The notes under the pieces: generated by a model
Database searches by the model: none
What the model saw: only the letters and a program-made list of their open reading frames with translations
What the model was told of the DNA's origin: nothing
Origin: a virus
DNA: 64,000 bases
Virus record (IMG/VR): IMGVR_UViG_3300043788_000040
Coordinates: 96,001-160,000 of that record
Direction: 5' to 3' (one strand)
Position numbers and translations under genes: made by a program
In this document: positions 38,481 through 48,784 of the stretch, piece by piece
Layout: each line of letters opens with the position of its first letter
Position numbering within the stretch: position 1 is the first letter of the stretch

Positions 38481-38879
38481 TTGGAAAACGTTAAAGCCCC
38501 AGCGCCGAAGGTCTTCTACTTCGGCTGCATGGGAGGAAAAGGGCACCGCCTGTACGACGCTGACGGCGAGGACATGCGCCGCATCGTCACGACCCCATGG
38601 GGGAACCAGATTGACGGCATGCTCGCGCCGGACGGTCTCGTCCTACGGAAAGTCGGCGAGGGCGAAAGGATGCAGCCAGAGGGCAGGGCGCTCCTGCACC
38701 ACAAGGAGGGCTGGACGGCGATAGGCTTTTGGGACAGGAGTGGCGATCAGCGCTTCAATTCCAACAGCAACTTCCTCGTGCGAGGCACATACACGTTTGA
38801 CGAGATGCTGGCGCTGGCGAAGGCTCAGTTTCCCGGCATTTTCGCTACGATCAAATTTCCAATCACTGAAATCAAGTAG
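38481..38879 (+). CDS. Hypothetical phage protein
   Basis: YFGC...GWTAIGFWDRSGD.R.NSNS. Confidence 0.7.
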   Translation: MENVKAPAPKVFYFGCMGGKGHRLYDADGEDMRRIVTTPWGNQIDGMLAPDGLVLRKVGEGERMQPEGRALLHHKEGWTAIGFWDRSGDQRFNSNSNFLVRGTYTFDEMLALAKAQFPGIFATIKFPITEIK

Positions 38880-38938
38880 ACTTCAGTTCTTGCTTGTGGT
38901 AACTTGGGGATAAGTCAGGTGTGGAGAAAAGGTGTTCT

Positions 38939-39736
38939 ATGAAACGAGCTATTTTAGCTGCGTTCGCAGTTATGTTTTTGTGTGCGTCTGTTGGTAAGGC
39001 ACAAGCCATTCCAGCAGCAACGTCCATTTACGATGAGCATTTCCGCTTCCTCACTGGCGTCAGTGGCGGGGGCGATCTCGGCAACTTGTTCCTGTCTTTG
39101 AACGCGGGTATGGAGATTCCGGTCACGAGGCGGTTTGAGATTGATCTCGGAGACGGGTTCTCTCCGGTGTTTCATGTGAATGGCATCGTCATCCCTTTCG
39201 AGCAGCACATTAACCTCGGCACGGGATCGGCGAACATTGCCAGCGGCGGCGTACTTGTCTGGGTCTCGCCGGGCAGGAGTCTTGGATTGAGTGGCGGCGT
39301 TGACTACTCGTCCTACAGCGTGAACATCCACAAGGGCAGCTATTACGCTCACGGCGACTTGGTGTGGCGCAAGATTGCATGGGGGATGCCGACACGATTC
39401 AATTTCGGCTACTTCCAGCAGTTCAACAACGGAATCGCGTGCGGCACCATCGCGGCGTGCTCTCTACCCGGTGCTAACGGCACCGAGACAGACCACGTGC
39501 AGGGCGGTGAGTTCGGTCTGACAACTCGCATGGGAGCCGTTGGACCGACCGTAATCAGGATGACGTTCAGCACCAACGTGGCGCACCTACTGACACAGGG
39601 CAACCAAGCCTGCGATGGGAGCCTCGGCGTCTTCATCCCGTCTTGCAAGCGCGGCAGCACGGTGGGCGGTGGCGCAACAATGGGAGTCAGCTTTGAGTTC
39701 CCACGTCATCGTGGAGACGAATACAAAGCGTTCTAA
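38939..39736 (+). CDS. Secreted beta-barrel-like protein
   Basis: Signal peptide (AQA); alternating beta strands; paired Cys in loops. Confidence 0.6.
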   Translation: MKRAILAAFAVMFLCASVGKAQAIPAATSIYDEHFRFLTGVSGGGDLGNLFLSLNAGMEIPVTRRFEIDLGDGFSPVFHVNGIVIPFEQHINLGTGSANIASGGVLVWVSPGRSLGLSGGVDYSSYSVNIHKGSYYAHGDLVWRKIAWGMPTRFNFGYFQQFNNGIACGTIAACSLPGANGTETDHVQGGEFGLTTRMGAVGPTVIRMTFSTNVAHLLTQGNQACDGSLGVFIPSCKRGSTVGGGATMGVSFEFPRHRGDEYKAF

Positions 39737-39757
39737 CCCCGCTCTAGCGGACGAGTG

Positions 39758-39795
39758 CGCCGGGGAGAGAAAGTTCTTCCCGGCGTTTTCTTTTT
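39758..39795 (+). terminator. Rho-independent terminator
   Basis: GCCGGGGA...TTCCCGGC then GTTTTCTTTTT. Confidence 0.7.
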
Positions 39796-39906
39796 GGTGT
39801 ACTATACGAACATGTGCGAAGTGTGCGTTGCAGGAGCAGCGGCCGTGTTGGTGGGCTGGCGGTACTATCGCTGGCATGTGATTGAGTTTTGCAGGAGGGC
39901 AGGATT

Positions 39907-40494
39907 ATGGCTCCTAAAAAGAAAATAGTGCCCAACAAAGACGTAGAGAAAGCCAAAGGCGAGATTGGCGATGCCGCTCGTGCTGTCGGCAAGGCGGCAG
40001 AGGCTCTGCGGAAGCAGCCTGTCCTTACCGTGACAGACCAGTACGGCAATCCGTGGGAGCAGGTCGTTGAAGACGTTGACGCCTTGGATCAGGAATTCGG
40101 CGAAGAAGAAGTTCTTCAAAAAGAGAGCTTCATGGATTTCTTGCAAAAGAAGCTCAAAAGTGGTGACACCGAGGTGCGTGTGATGCAGATCGGACCAAGA
40201 GGTGAGCTAATTGATGTCTCAGACAAAATCAAGGCGGGAGACCTTAAACCCGAGGACATCACTAGCATCCGAGACGAGGATAACGGGAGGACTATGCCCC
40301 TCGGTCGGAACCGACAGAATCGCGAGGCGGCCATGAGGCTCCTGCAAGAAATGGTAAGCGGTCTGCAACCACCGCAACGACCGAGCCTAGATGGCTGGAA
40401 ACCAAGACCAGTAAAGGGTAAATCGGAGTCAATTCGAAGAATGGAACTGATCTTAGAAGATAGTGACAAAATCCTAGAACACTGGAAAAAATGA
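39907..40494 (+). CDS. Hypothetical protein
   Basis: AGGA RBS before MAPKKK. Confidence 0.65.
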   Translation: MAPKKKIVPNKDVEKAKGEIGDAARAVGKAAEALRKQPVLTVTDQYGNPWEQVVEDVDALDQEFGEEEVLQKESFMDFLQKKLKSGDTEVRVMQIGPRGELIDVSDKIKAGDLKPEDITSIRDEDNGRTMPLGRNRQNREAAMRLLQEMVSGLQPPQRPSLDGWKPRPVKGKSESIRRMELILEDSDKILEHWKK

Positions 40495-40535
40495 CCCCTC
40501 CTCGGTATTAGACCCGAGAGGGTCTGGTACCGAAA

Positions 40536-41648
40536 ATGATACTCCTCAAGAACATTCTGCCTTACGACTTGTTCAAGCGCATGCTTGACGAGGGATACAT
40601 CCGTTCACAGGTACACCCCCTCTATCCCGAGTTGGTGATCTTCAACTACACCGAGGCGGCGCAGTTTGACCGCCTGTGGAATGAGGCGACCAACGTGTGC
40701 CGTGGCTTGATCGTGCGGCTCGCGAACGGCGTGCTTGACGGCGATGCCGAGGTCGTGGCTCGTCCGTTCAACAAGTTCCACAACCTGAACACTGCCTACG
40801 TGCCGGAGACGATGGAAGAGAACTTGCCGAACGAGGCTCCGCTCGTGACCACGAAGATGGACGGTTCCATGGGGATCATCTACGAGTACGACGACAAGGC
40901 GTGGGTGGCGACTCGTGGATCGTTTGACTCGGATCAGGCTCGCCGGGCGACGGCGTGGTATCGTCAGCACGCGGCGATGTTGCCGCAGGGTTGGCCGGAC
41001 GGCGTTACGCCCGTGTGCGAGATCATCTACCCGGAGAACCGGATCGTCGTTGACTACGACTTTGAGGGGCTTGTCCTGCTCTCAATCATAGACAACGAGA
41101 CTGGGAAGGAGTTGTCGCGCTTTGATGTTGAAATGTGGGGTGCGATCAACACGCTCCAGGTTGTCACAAAGTTTGACAAGTCACTCGCTGAGTGCGCAGC
41201 CGAGAACACGCTGAACGAGGAGGGGTATGTCCTGACCTACTCCAACGGCGTGAAGGTCAAGGTGAAGTTTGCGGAGTATGTCCGGCTCCACCGTGTCCTC
41301 ACTGGGCTGAATCCGAAGGCGATCTGGGAGATGCTTGCCCAGAACGGCGGCGAGGCAGTTGACGCAATCCTCGCAGACCCGAAGATGCCGACCACTTTCA
41401 TCTCGTGGTTCAAGGGATGGGTGGATCAGCTTCGGGGGAAGTATGCGGAGATTGAGCGTGAGGCGCTGGCTATTTTCGCAGCACGTCCGCAGTCGTCTGT
41501 CCGCAAGGATCAGGCACTCTACTTCAAGCAGACACCGCTGCACATGTCGCTCCTGTTTGCAATGCTGGACGGCAAGAACTACGCCGGAATCATCTGGGAC
41601 AGGATCGCACCGAAGGGTAACCAGACGTTCAAGAAGGATGGGGAGTAA
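40536..41648 (+). CDS. rnlA: RNA ligase, T4 Rnl1-like
   Basis: CRGLI, RPFNKFHN, motif I TKMDGSMG, ATRGSF, EIIYPENRIVV.Y, EEGYV, KVKFAEY. Confidence 0.92.
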   Translation: MILLKNILPYDLFKRMLDEGYIRSQVHPLYPELVIFNYTEAAQFDRLWNEATNVCRGLIVRLANGVLDGDAEVVARPFNKFHNLNTAYVPETMEENLPNEAPLVTTKMDGSMGIIYEYDDKAWVATRGSFDSDQARRATAWYRQHAAMLPQGWPDGVTPVCEIIYPENRIVVDYDFEGLVLLSIIDNETGKELSRFDVEMWGAINTLQVVTKFDKSLAECAAENTLNEEGYVLTYSNGVKVKVKFAEYVRLHRVLTGLNPKAIWEMLAQNGGEAVDAILADPKMPTTFISWFKGWVDQLRGKYAEIEREALAIFAARPQSSVRKDQALYFKQTPLHMSLLFAMLDGKNYAGIIWDRIAPKGNQTFKKDGE

Positions 41649-41974
41649 CCTACTGATTTTAAGGTGGTTATTCCCTAGCCTTTTTGGCGGACTCCGCTGT
41701 ATACTACTGGTGGAGGCAACAGCCTCAAAAGTTTCGGCGGGGCGTTCCGTGGCGTAACTGAAAGGGCGGCTCGAAAAGTCTTGGCACTGCGACCAAGGCC
41801 CCAAAGTTTGAGCAAGGCAAACCATGATGAACTTCTGCACAGCCTGCCAGAAACCGTACGACGAAGAAACGCCGTGCGACTGCGACGCGGCTGGGCTGCA
41901 ACCTGTTCCGGCGTTCACTCAATGGTTTGAAGATCAAGAAGACATTGACTTCAAAGATTCACGAAGAATCAACA

Positions 41975-43276
41975 ATGACTGATTCCTTCCATCTCGCAGC
42001 GCACGTCAAGGTGATGCACACCCTTGAGCACCACGGCTTTGAGGCTTTCCTCGTCGGTGGCTGCGTGCGTGACCGCCTTCTCCAACGGCAATCCAAAGAC
42101 TTTGACGTGACGACTAACGCCACGCCCGATGAAGTTCGTGCGATCTTCCCCAAGACCATTCCAGTCGGCGCAAAGTTCGGCGTCGTGGTCGTGGTGATGG
42201 ACGGTGTTCAGATTGAAGTCGCCACCTACCGTGCTGATGGCGCATACACTGACGGTCGGCGACCGGATGAAGTCACGTACAGCAAGAGTGCGAAGGACGA
42301 CGTGACTCGCCGGGACTTCACCATGAACGGCTTGCTGATGAATTCCCTCGGCGAGATCACTGACTACGTTGAAGGTCAGGCAGACATCAATCGTGGAATC
42401 ATCCGTGCCATCGGTGACCCGAACGTGCGCTTCACTGAGGACGCACTGCGCATGCTTCGTGCCGTCCGTTTCGCAGCACAGCTTGGTTTTGAAATTGAGA
42501 TCAGGACTCTTGAGGCAATCAGGGACAACGCACGGCTGCTCAAGGTCATTAGCCGGGAGCGTGTCGCTGCCGAACTGTTCAAAATCTTCTCTGCACCCTT
42601 TCCCCTCAAGGGAATCGTGCCTTTCATTTCCACCGGGCTGTTCCGCTACGCCCTGCCGGACAATTTCGCTGAGCAAGCGAACATGACACGCACGATTCAG
42701 CGCTTCGGCACGTTCACGGCAAACAAAGACGCCATGCTCGGCATGGGAATGTTCTTCGCCGATCTGGAATACCTCGGACACAATGCTGACCGCTTGGCAG
42801 ATTACCTCAAGCTGTCCACGGCGCAGAAGGAAGAGATCGTTTACATGCGGTACCACGTGACCCGTTTCGGGCAGCACTTGACCGGAGACCTGTTGACCGA
42901 GGCTACGCTCAAGCGCAAGCTGCGCACGCCGGGCGTTGAACTGGCGCTGGAGATCATGACGCAAAACGAAGTCATGGGCAAGACCAATTTCGGCTTTGAG
43001 GCGCTGATGGGTTTTGTTCACAAGGTCAGGGCGTACACACCGGAGCAGATCAAGCCGAAGCCGCTCGTCACGGGCAAGGACTTGATTGATGCCGGGATAC
43101 CAGCCGGACCGATCTTCACGAGCATCCTGTTTGACGTGGAGAGTCACCAACTTAACGGCGTGTTCACGACGAAAGAGCAGGGCATGAGTTTCGTGCGTGA
43201 GCGCACCTACCAAGACACGCTCAAGGAATGGAACTACATGGGCTTGTCCACGGCGGAAGTGCGGGAGCTAGAATGA
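41975..43276 (+). CDS. cca: CCA-adding tRNA nucleotidyltransferase (PolyA_pol family)
   Basis: VGGCVRDRL, DFDVTT, EVATYR, RRDFTMN, RFTEDALRMLRAVRF, SRERV. Confidence 0.9.
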   Translation: MTDSFHLAAHVKVMHTLEHHGFEAFLVGGCVRDRLLQRQSKDFDVTTNATPDEVRAIFPKTIPVGAKFGVVVVVMDGVQIEVATYRADGAYTDGRRPDEVTYSKSAKDDVTRRDFTMNGLLMNSLGEITDYVEGQADINRGIIRAIGDPNVRFTEDALRMLRAVRFAAQLGFEIEIRTLEAIRDNARLLKVISRERVAAELFKIFSAPFPLKGIVPFISTGLFRYALPDNFAEQANMTRTIQRFGTFTANKDAMLGMGMFFADLEYLGHNADRLADYLKLSTAQKEEIVYMRYHVTRFGQHLTGDLLTEATLKRKLRTPGVELALEIMTQNEVMGKTNFGFEALMGFVHKVRAYTPEQIKPKPLVTGKDLIDAGIPAGPIFTSILFDVESHQLNGVFTTKEQGMSFVRERTYQDTLKEWNYMGLSTAEVRELE

Positions 43277-43821
43277 TCACCCCACGCTTCAACCAGATCA
43301 CTTTCCTGCACGGGCGGGATGAGCTTCCAAGCGGGTACATGGAACGCTTGGAAGCCATCCTGCATACGTCGTATCCGACCGTGCTCTTTGCCCGTCCCTT
43401 TGTTCCGTCCGATCTTGACACCAAGGATGCGTTTGAATTCGTGCGGAGGAACTACGCCAGCCGGATACAAGCCGACTCGCTGATTGTCGGGCTGGAACGT
43501 GGGGGACTGATCGCATGCGCCATACAGGACGCCTTTCCTGCGCTGCGCTTGTCCGTATTCGCCATCAACTCGCCCACGGAAGAGGATGGTCTCTTTGCGG
43601 AGCCGTCCGTTCCCCACACCCGTTTCGCCCTGTATTCCAGTGCCTACCCCCCGATCAAGGGGCGCTGTAACTGGAGCACGACCACACCCCTCGCATACGA
43701 CGTTCCGTGGCTGGCTCCCGGCTGCAACGTCATATACCCCCTCGCCTACCTGATCTCCGGGTACAGCCACGGCGCTGACATGGATAAGCAGGTTGCTATG
43801 TTGTTCGGCGACAAGCTATAA
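43273..43821 (+). CDS. Degenerate alpha/beta-hydrolase-like protein
   Basis: TFLHG, IVGLERGG elbow lacking Ser, FAINSP. Confidence 0.5.
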   Translation: MITPRFNQITFLHGRDELPSGYMERLEAILHTSYPTVLFARPFVPSDLDTKDAFEFVRRNYASRIQADSLIVGLERGGLIACAIQDAFPALRLSVFAINSPTEEDGLFAEPSVPHTRFALYSSAYPPIKGRCNWSTTTPLAYDVPWLAPGCNVIYPLAYLISGYSHGADMDKQVAMLFGDKL

Positions 43822-43828
43822 TCAAAGC

Positions 43829-44572
43829 ATGGACAGAGCAACGCTACGGTTTGACAAGTGGCCCTCGCTTTTGCGAATCGCAAGGCATGGCTACAGCACC
43901 GCCAACAAGCGCAAGGACGATGCGAAGAAGGCGGGTCAGGAGCCGCAGTGGACTGAGGTTGAGCGTGATCAAGATTGCAACCTCACGTCCATCGGGCACC
44001 AACAGGCATTTGATCTAGGCGTGGGAATCGCCCTGTCCGGCGACCCGCTGCCGGAAGTCATCGTCACATCACCGTACACCCGTGCCAAGCAAACCACCGA
44101 GGGTCTCGTTCGTGGTATCCAGAGCGTCCACCCTGAGTACAATCCCACAATCGTCGTTGAGGAACGTGTCCGTGAAATTGAGTTCGGGATCATGGACGGC
44201 ATAGACCGTGCCACATTCCGCAAGCTCTTTCCATCCGAGGCGGATCGCCGGGAACGTGACGGGAAGTACTATTACCGTCCGCCAGGTGGCGAGAATCGCC
44301 CCGACGTGCGCCTGCGAGTGCATTCCGTCCTTGACACCCTGAACCGTGACTACGTCGGCATGAACGTCCTGATCGTCTGCCATAGCGTAGTCGTGCTTGC
44401 CTTCCGCAGTCTGATAGAGCGCTGGGAGGAGGCCGAGTACCTTCAGGTGGACAAAGAAGATGACGTTAAGAATTGTGGGTTGACCACCTACGACCGTGTT
44501 GACAATCGGAAGCTAAAACTGCGAGAATACAACAAGGTCGCTCCGGCATCTAACCAAGAAGGGATGCAATGA
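43829..44572 (+). CDS. Histidine phosphatase (phosphoglycerate mutase family)
   Basis: ARHG, SPYTRAKQT, REIEFG, PPGGE, IVCHS, KNCG. Confidence 0.9.
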   Translation: MDRATLRFDKWPSLLRIARHGYSTANKRKDDAKKAGQEPQWTEVERDQDCNLTSIGHQQAFDLGVGIALSGDPLPEVIVTSPYTRAKQTTEGLVRGIQSVHPEYNPTIVVEERVREIEFGIMDGIDRATFRKLFPSEADRRERDGKYYYRPPGGENRPDVRLRVHSVLDTLNRDYVGMNVLIVCHSVVVLAFRSLIERWEEAEYLQVDKEDDVKNCGLTTYDRVDNRKLKLREYNKVAPASNQEGMQ

Positions 44573-45464
44573 TCAAAGTAGCAGTGTTTGAAGCAACAGG
44601 CTTGTCGCAATGTGACGAGATGAACAAGTTCATTGACAAGAACGTTGAAACCTTGATCTCTGTCCATACGTCGTCATCAGCGACCCAGTACTCAGCCCGA
44701 AATTACGTCACGATTGTGTACTACCCGACGCAAGAGGGACAATGACACTCCACACTAAACTGAGCTACGCCAAGAGCGGCGTCCGCATCATCGGTTACGC
44801 TTGCCTGATCCTCGTCGGCGTCGTGACAGAGACACCCGGCTTGTGGATCGGCGGCGGGCTGCTCCTCCTCGCGGAGCTTCTCGGGATCGCCGAGGAAGCT
44901 TGGCCCGGCGCTTACAAAGGCACCGAAACAGACGCCAAATGAGCACCACCCTCATGATGAAGTGCTTGTACCGTGCTGATGGACTTGTGTGCGGCTCCGG
45001 CATGCTTTACAACTCCGTCACATTAGAGCCGATCCTACTGGAAGGCACGAGTGTCTACTGCCCAGCGTGTGAAGGCAGGGGCATGCTCATAACATCCGAA
45101 GGGCGTGACGTACTTGCGTTGCTGGAGAAGTTTGGCAGGTCTCAACTCCGTGATATAATTGAAGAGATTTTAGAGCGATGAACGAAAACGAGTGGTCTTC
45201 TAAGAAACTGCCTGAGTACTGCGGGAAGCACGGCGGGGCACGGATCGTCGGCTTCGTCAACGGCGTAGGCGTCTGTGAGCATTGCGTTGATGTTGGTGAC
45301 GATTATTCCGAACAGCGAGACGACCTCTGCGTAACTTGCGACAGCACCGGGGAGATTGATGGGCGGGTTTGCAAGAACTGCCAAGGCAAAGGTTACGTGC
45401 AACCCCCTAGTTCCAAATGACTTATACCTAGACGAAATCCCCTTCCCCGCTGTATACTTACGGT

Positions 45465-45719
45465 ATGAGCCAGACTGCATGGAACCCGCGCTATCTCGCT
45501 TACTGCCGAGCGCACAAAAAGACCCCGGAGCAAATGCTGGAGCACGACCGAGAACAGTATCCGGGCGGCTGCATGTGCGGCTACATTCTCTGGCACAGCG
45601 CCAAGCTGGCTGAGGCGAAGCGCACACACCCTGAGTTCTTTTACATTGGATTCGCTGGCATTGACGGGCTGCTTGATCACAAGAACTACGACAAGTGGCT
45701 GAATGCGAGCATACAATGA
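45465..45719 (+). CDS. Hypothetical protein, leaderless
   Basis: TATACT 6 nt before ATG; WNPRYLAYCRAH. Confidence 0.7.
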   Translation: MSQTAWNPRYLAYCRAHKKTPEQMLEHDREQYPGGCMCGYILWHSAKLAEAKRTHPEFFYIGFAGIDGLLDHKNYDKWLNASIQ

Positions 45720-45915
45720 GCATCTACAAATCAGATCACCGCTGTGACCGCACGCTGAAACAGATTCTCGTCGGATTCTTTTTGCGCCGGACGTGCCCGT
45801 CGTATGTGACCTACCAAGACCAGCGGCACGAGTGTAAACTCCTGTCAGGGCACAAGGGGCGGCATGGTGATGGCGAACTGTTTTGGGGATACGGCGACAA
45901 CTGGCTGGAGATGCC

Positions 45916-46206
45916 ATGAAAATTGAGAAGCTGCAACCCGGTCAGGTGGTGTTCAACGTGGTGCGCCAGAACATGGGCAACACGACCATGAAAACCACGT
46001 CCGTGTACAAAGTCTACATCAAGGAAATTGACCCGGAGTTTCAGTGGGTACTGGCTTCGTGGAACGGCAATCCGGCACGCAAGTTCTACAAGCGCACGGT
46101 CAGCAAGTGGCGTGAAAAGAAGCCCGTGATGATCACCAGCCCGATGGGTAGCCAACGTCTGGCAACCCGTGAAGAGATCAAGGCGATGGAGCAGAAGAGT
46201 GTTTGA
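45916..46206 (+). CDS. Hypothetical protein
   Basis: GGAG RBS; ATGA overlap. Confidence 0.7.
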   Translation: MKIEKLQPGQVVFNVVRQNMGNTTMKTTSVYKVYIKEIDPEFQWVLASWNGNPARKFYKRTVSKWREKKPVMITSPMGSQRLATREEIKAMEQKSV

Positions 46207-46750
46207 TCACGTACATCACGGTCAGGTGGACTCACACCGCTACCGCAGCTACTACGACGCCCAGAACGGCTCTAATACGCAATGTGCCTATTGTGGGAGG
46301 GTGATCCGGTACTGCTACGCCATCCACAACCAGCACGGCAAGACTTTCGTGATCGGCTCCTGTGATTTCGCCCAATACCGAGGCACCAAGCTGTACGCCC
46401 AACTCAAGGCAGCGCAAGTATTGCAGGAAGCCCTTACCAAAAACATCCGGCACGACCTCAAATTCTACGGCGACAAGGCGGAAGTCCGCGAACGTCGCAA
46501 GGCTTGGGCACGTGCCCGGCGCAAGGGCGAGAAGCTGGTGCGCACGTGGGTCATGGTCAAGGGCGAATGGCTACCGGAGAGCCTCTACAACCTTCGTCGT
46601 GCCGCCGAAGAGAAACCCCGCCAATACAAGCGGCCATCCGCCGCTCTCCGCTGGTATCAGCAACAAACCGAAAAAATAATCTCCTTGACGAAAGACGTTC
46701 CCAGTATTTAACGTTCTACGAACCCCCCAAGTAGGAGAGGTCACTGATCA

Positions 46751-46945
46751 ATGCCACGGTTCTTGGAAGACGAGGACTTTATTGACCGCGAGGACGAGGA
46801 CGAAGTCCCCGAGGACAAAGAGGACGACGACGAAGGTCTTCTTGAAGAAGAAGAGACCCTTGAAGAGCTTGATGTGGACGACCGTGGGCATGTGCGCCCC
46901 CGTCGTCGCCAGCGCGACGAGGAAATAGACCCCGAGGAGTACTGA
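46751..46945 (+). CDS. Very acidic small protein
   Basis: About half D/E; AGGAGAGG upstream. Confidence 0.65.
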   Translation: MPRFLEDEDFIDREDEDEVPEDKEDDDEGLLEEEETLEELDVDDRGHVRPRRRQRDEEIDPEEY

Positions 46946-47842
46946 ATCCTTTCGGTCAGTGGGGGCATCCAATGCGTATGAGTGGCACCGTGAAGTGGTT
47001 CTTGATAACCGCACTGCTGCTCGCTGCTGCCATTTTTGCCTACGTCCGTATCGCCGACGCCCTTAACGATTACGAGATGCAAATAAGCAACCCCGGTGAG
47101 ACCCAGCCTGAGACCCCAACCCCGCCTGCACCTGACGCCCGACCTTGGATGCACGATCAGTTGATCCGCACCTAAAAACGCAGTATTATAGAAGGTATGA
47201 GCCAAAAAGTTGATCGCTACTACGTTGACTCGGACGGCAATCCGAAATCAAACATCGTGATTAGAGATCGGATTTCCCCGCTTGGGAAGCAGACTTATCC
47301 CACCGACATCGCTGTTGAAGTCACGATGGGGATGTTTTCCAACAGAGAAACAACCGTCGCCATCGCGCATGCCATCTGCCAACTCCTGAACGAAGAGTAA
47401 CCCCTAAGCAATTCCGTCCTTGTCGTGGCTACCGTCCCCTTTCATAGGAGCCATGCGAGAGCGCCTCATATTCGAAACCGACACCGAACGGGCAGAGGTT
47501 CGCAAGTCCCTGTCCGAAACGTTTCCGCTTGGCAAACTTTGGTACGTGCCGGATGACACCGATTTTCTCATGGATGCCGAGTTTCCTTGCTCCGAAGAAG
47601 CTTTCTTCCGCTACGCCCTGTTGGCTCCAGGCCCGCACGGGCAACTGGTTTTCTCCTGTCTTCACCTCACTCTGCTGATGCTTGACCCCCCACCGTGGAT
47701 GATCGCCGAGCTTAGCAAGCCCCAGCGCCAACTCCCCGCAAAGACCTGAAAAAGGGAATTTCCTCGCTACCGGGTACTGTAGTGTGGGCAGCCTTATCGC
47801 CCTAGTGCAGTCAAATCTAACAGTGAAGTACAGTGAGGTTCT

Positions 47843-48784
47843 ATGTCTCAGCAGGAAGCCGTTTTCGGCACAGCACGTTCGTCTGTTGTAAAATCCACCT
47901 ACAAGCACCTTTCCGATGTTCTCTCAGCCTATTGGGCTGGCAATCGTCTTGGCAATGGACTGGTAGACACCATCCATAATTCGCCACGTCTTACCCAGTG
48001 GGCAAAGACGGCCGAGGGGTATCGCATCTGGTCAACCGATGAGGCGTTATCGGTGACTGTGACCCCGGAAAAAATCTATACCACCAAAGGGAACCGTGTT
48101 GATCCCGTTCAAGACGGCCTCCCGGCGCAGACGCTATACAACGCCATCCAGACGGCACAAGCCATAGTCAACACCAGCGGTGCGGATGAAAAAGAGGACG
48201 AATGGTTTGAGGAGGACGAGGACTTCTCGGGCGGCGCGGGCTTGGATGCCGCGTTGGCGGAGACACACTCCGAGCCGCTCGTGGAAGATGACGCCGAGCT
48301 TATTGAAGATGTCTGCCTAGAAACTATCTCGCCCACGCCCGACACGTCAATCAGCATGGACACGGAACCGTACGATCCCGAGCGTGTCTACTCGCAGGAA
48401 GTGATCCCCGAGAGTTTCACGGCGCAGGCGAACCGCAAGAACGCCGCTACGGACGGCGTTGAGTGCTCCTACTGCGGTAACCTCAACCGTGCTGCGTACA
48501 AGGGCACCTGCCCGAAATGCCCGAAGCAGACAGCAGCGGAAGTCGCTGCCATGAAAGAGCCGAAGAAGGCGTCTAAACCCGAAAGTGCAATCTCCGAGGC
48601 ATGGCTCATGGCTCGCCTTAAATCGCTCCAAGGCCGGGTTCTGACCATCCTAGACGCCTCCCCCATCGCTGACAAAGCTCAGCGGGACGCAGTGAAAACA
48701 CTGCTCAACAAGGAATTCCGTCGTGAGATGAACAAGGTCAGCGACGGCGGTTGGCGGCAAAACGACCCAAGGTACGAGGAATAA
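47843..48784 (+). CDS. Hypothetical acidic protein with zinc ribbon
   Basis: CSYC...CPKC; GAGGT RBS. Confidence 0.75.
   Translation: MSQQEAVFGTARSSVVKSTYKHLSDVLSAYWAGNRLGNGLVDTIHNSPRLTQWAKTAEGYRIWSTDEALSVTVTPEKIYTTKGNRVDPVQDGLPAQTLYNAIQTAQAIVNTSGADEKEDEWFEEDEDFSGGAGLDAALAETHSEPLVEDDAELIEDVCLETISPTPDTSISMDTEPYDPERVYSQEVIPESFTAQANRKNAATDGVECSYCGNLNRAAYKGTCPKCPKQTAAEVAAMKEPKKASKPESAISEAWLMARLKSLQGRVLTILDASPIADKAQRDAVKTLLNKEFRREMNKVSDGGWRQNDPRYEE

Noticed and set aside
41755-41830. Hammerhead ribozyme or c-di-GMP-I riboswitch (CTGAAAG..CGAAA; GGCAAACC)
   Set aside because: The core CUGAnGA is not matched, and the remainder of the riboswitch consensus is absent.
41969-43213. 414-aa minus-strand ORF
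   Set aside because: Antisense shadow of the CCA enzyme gene.
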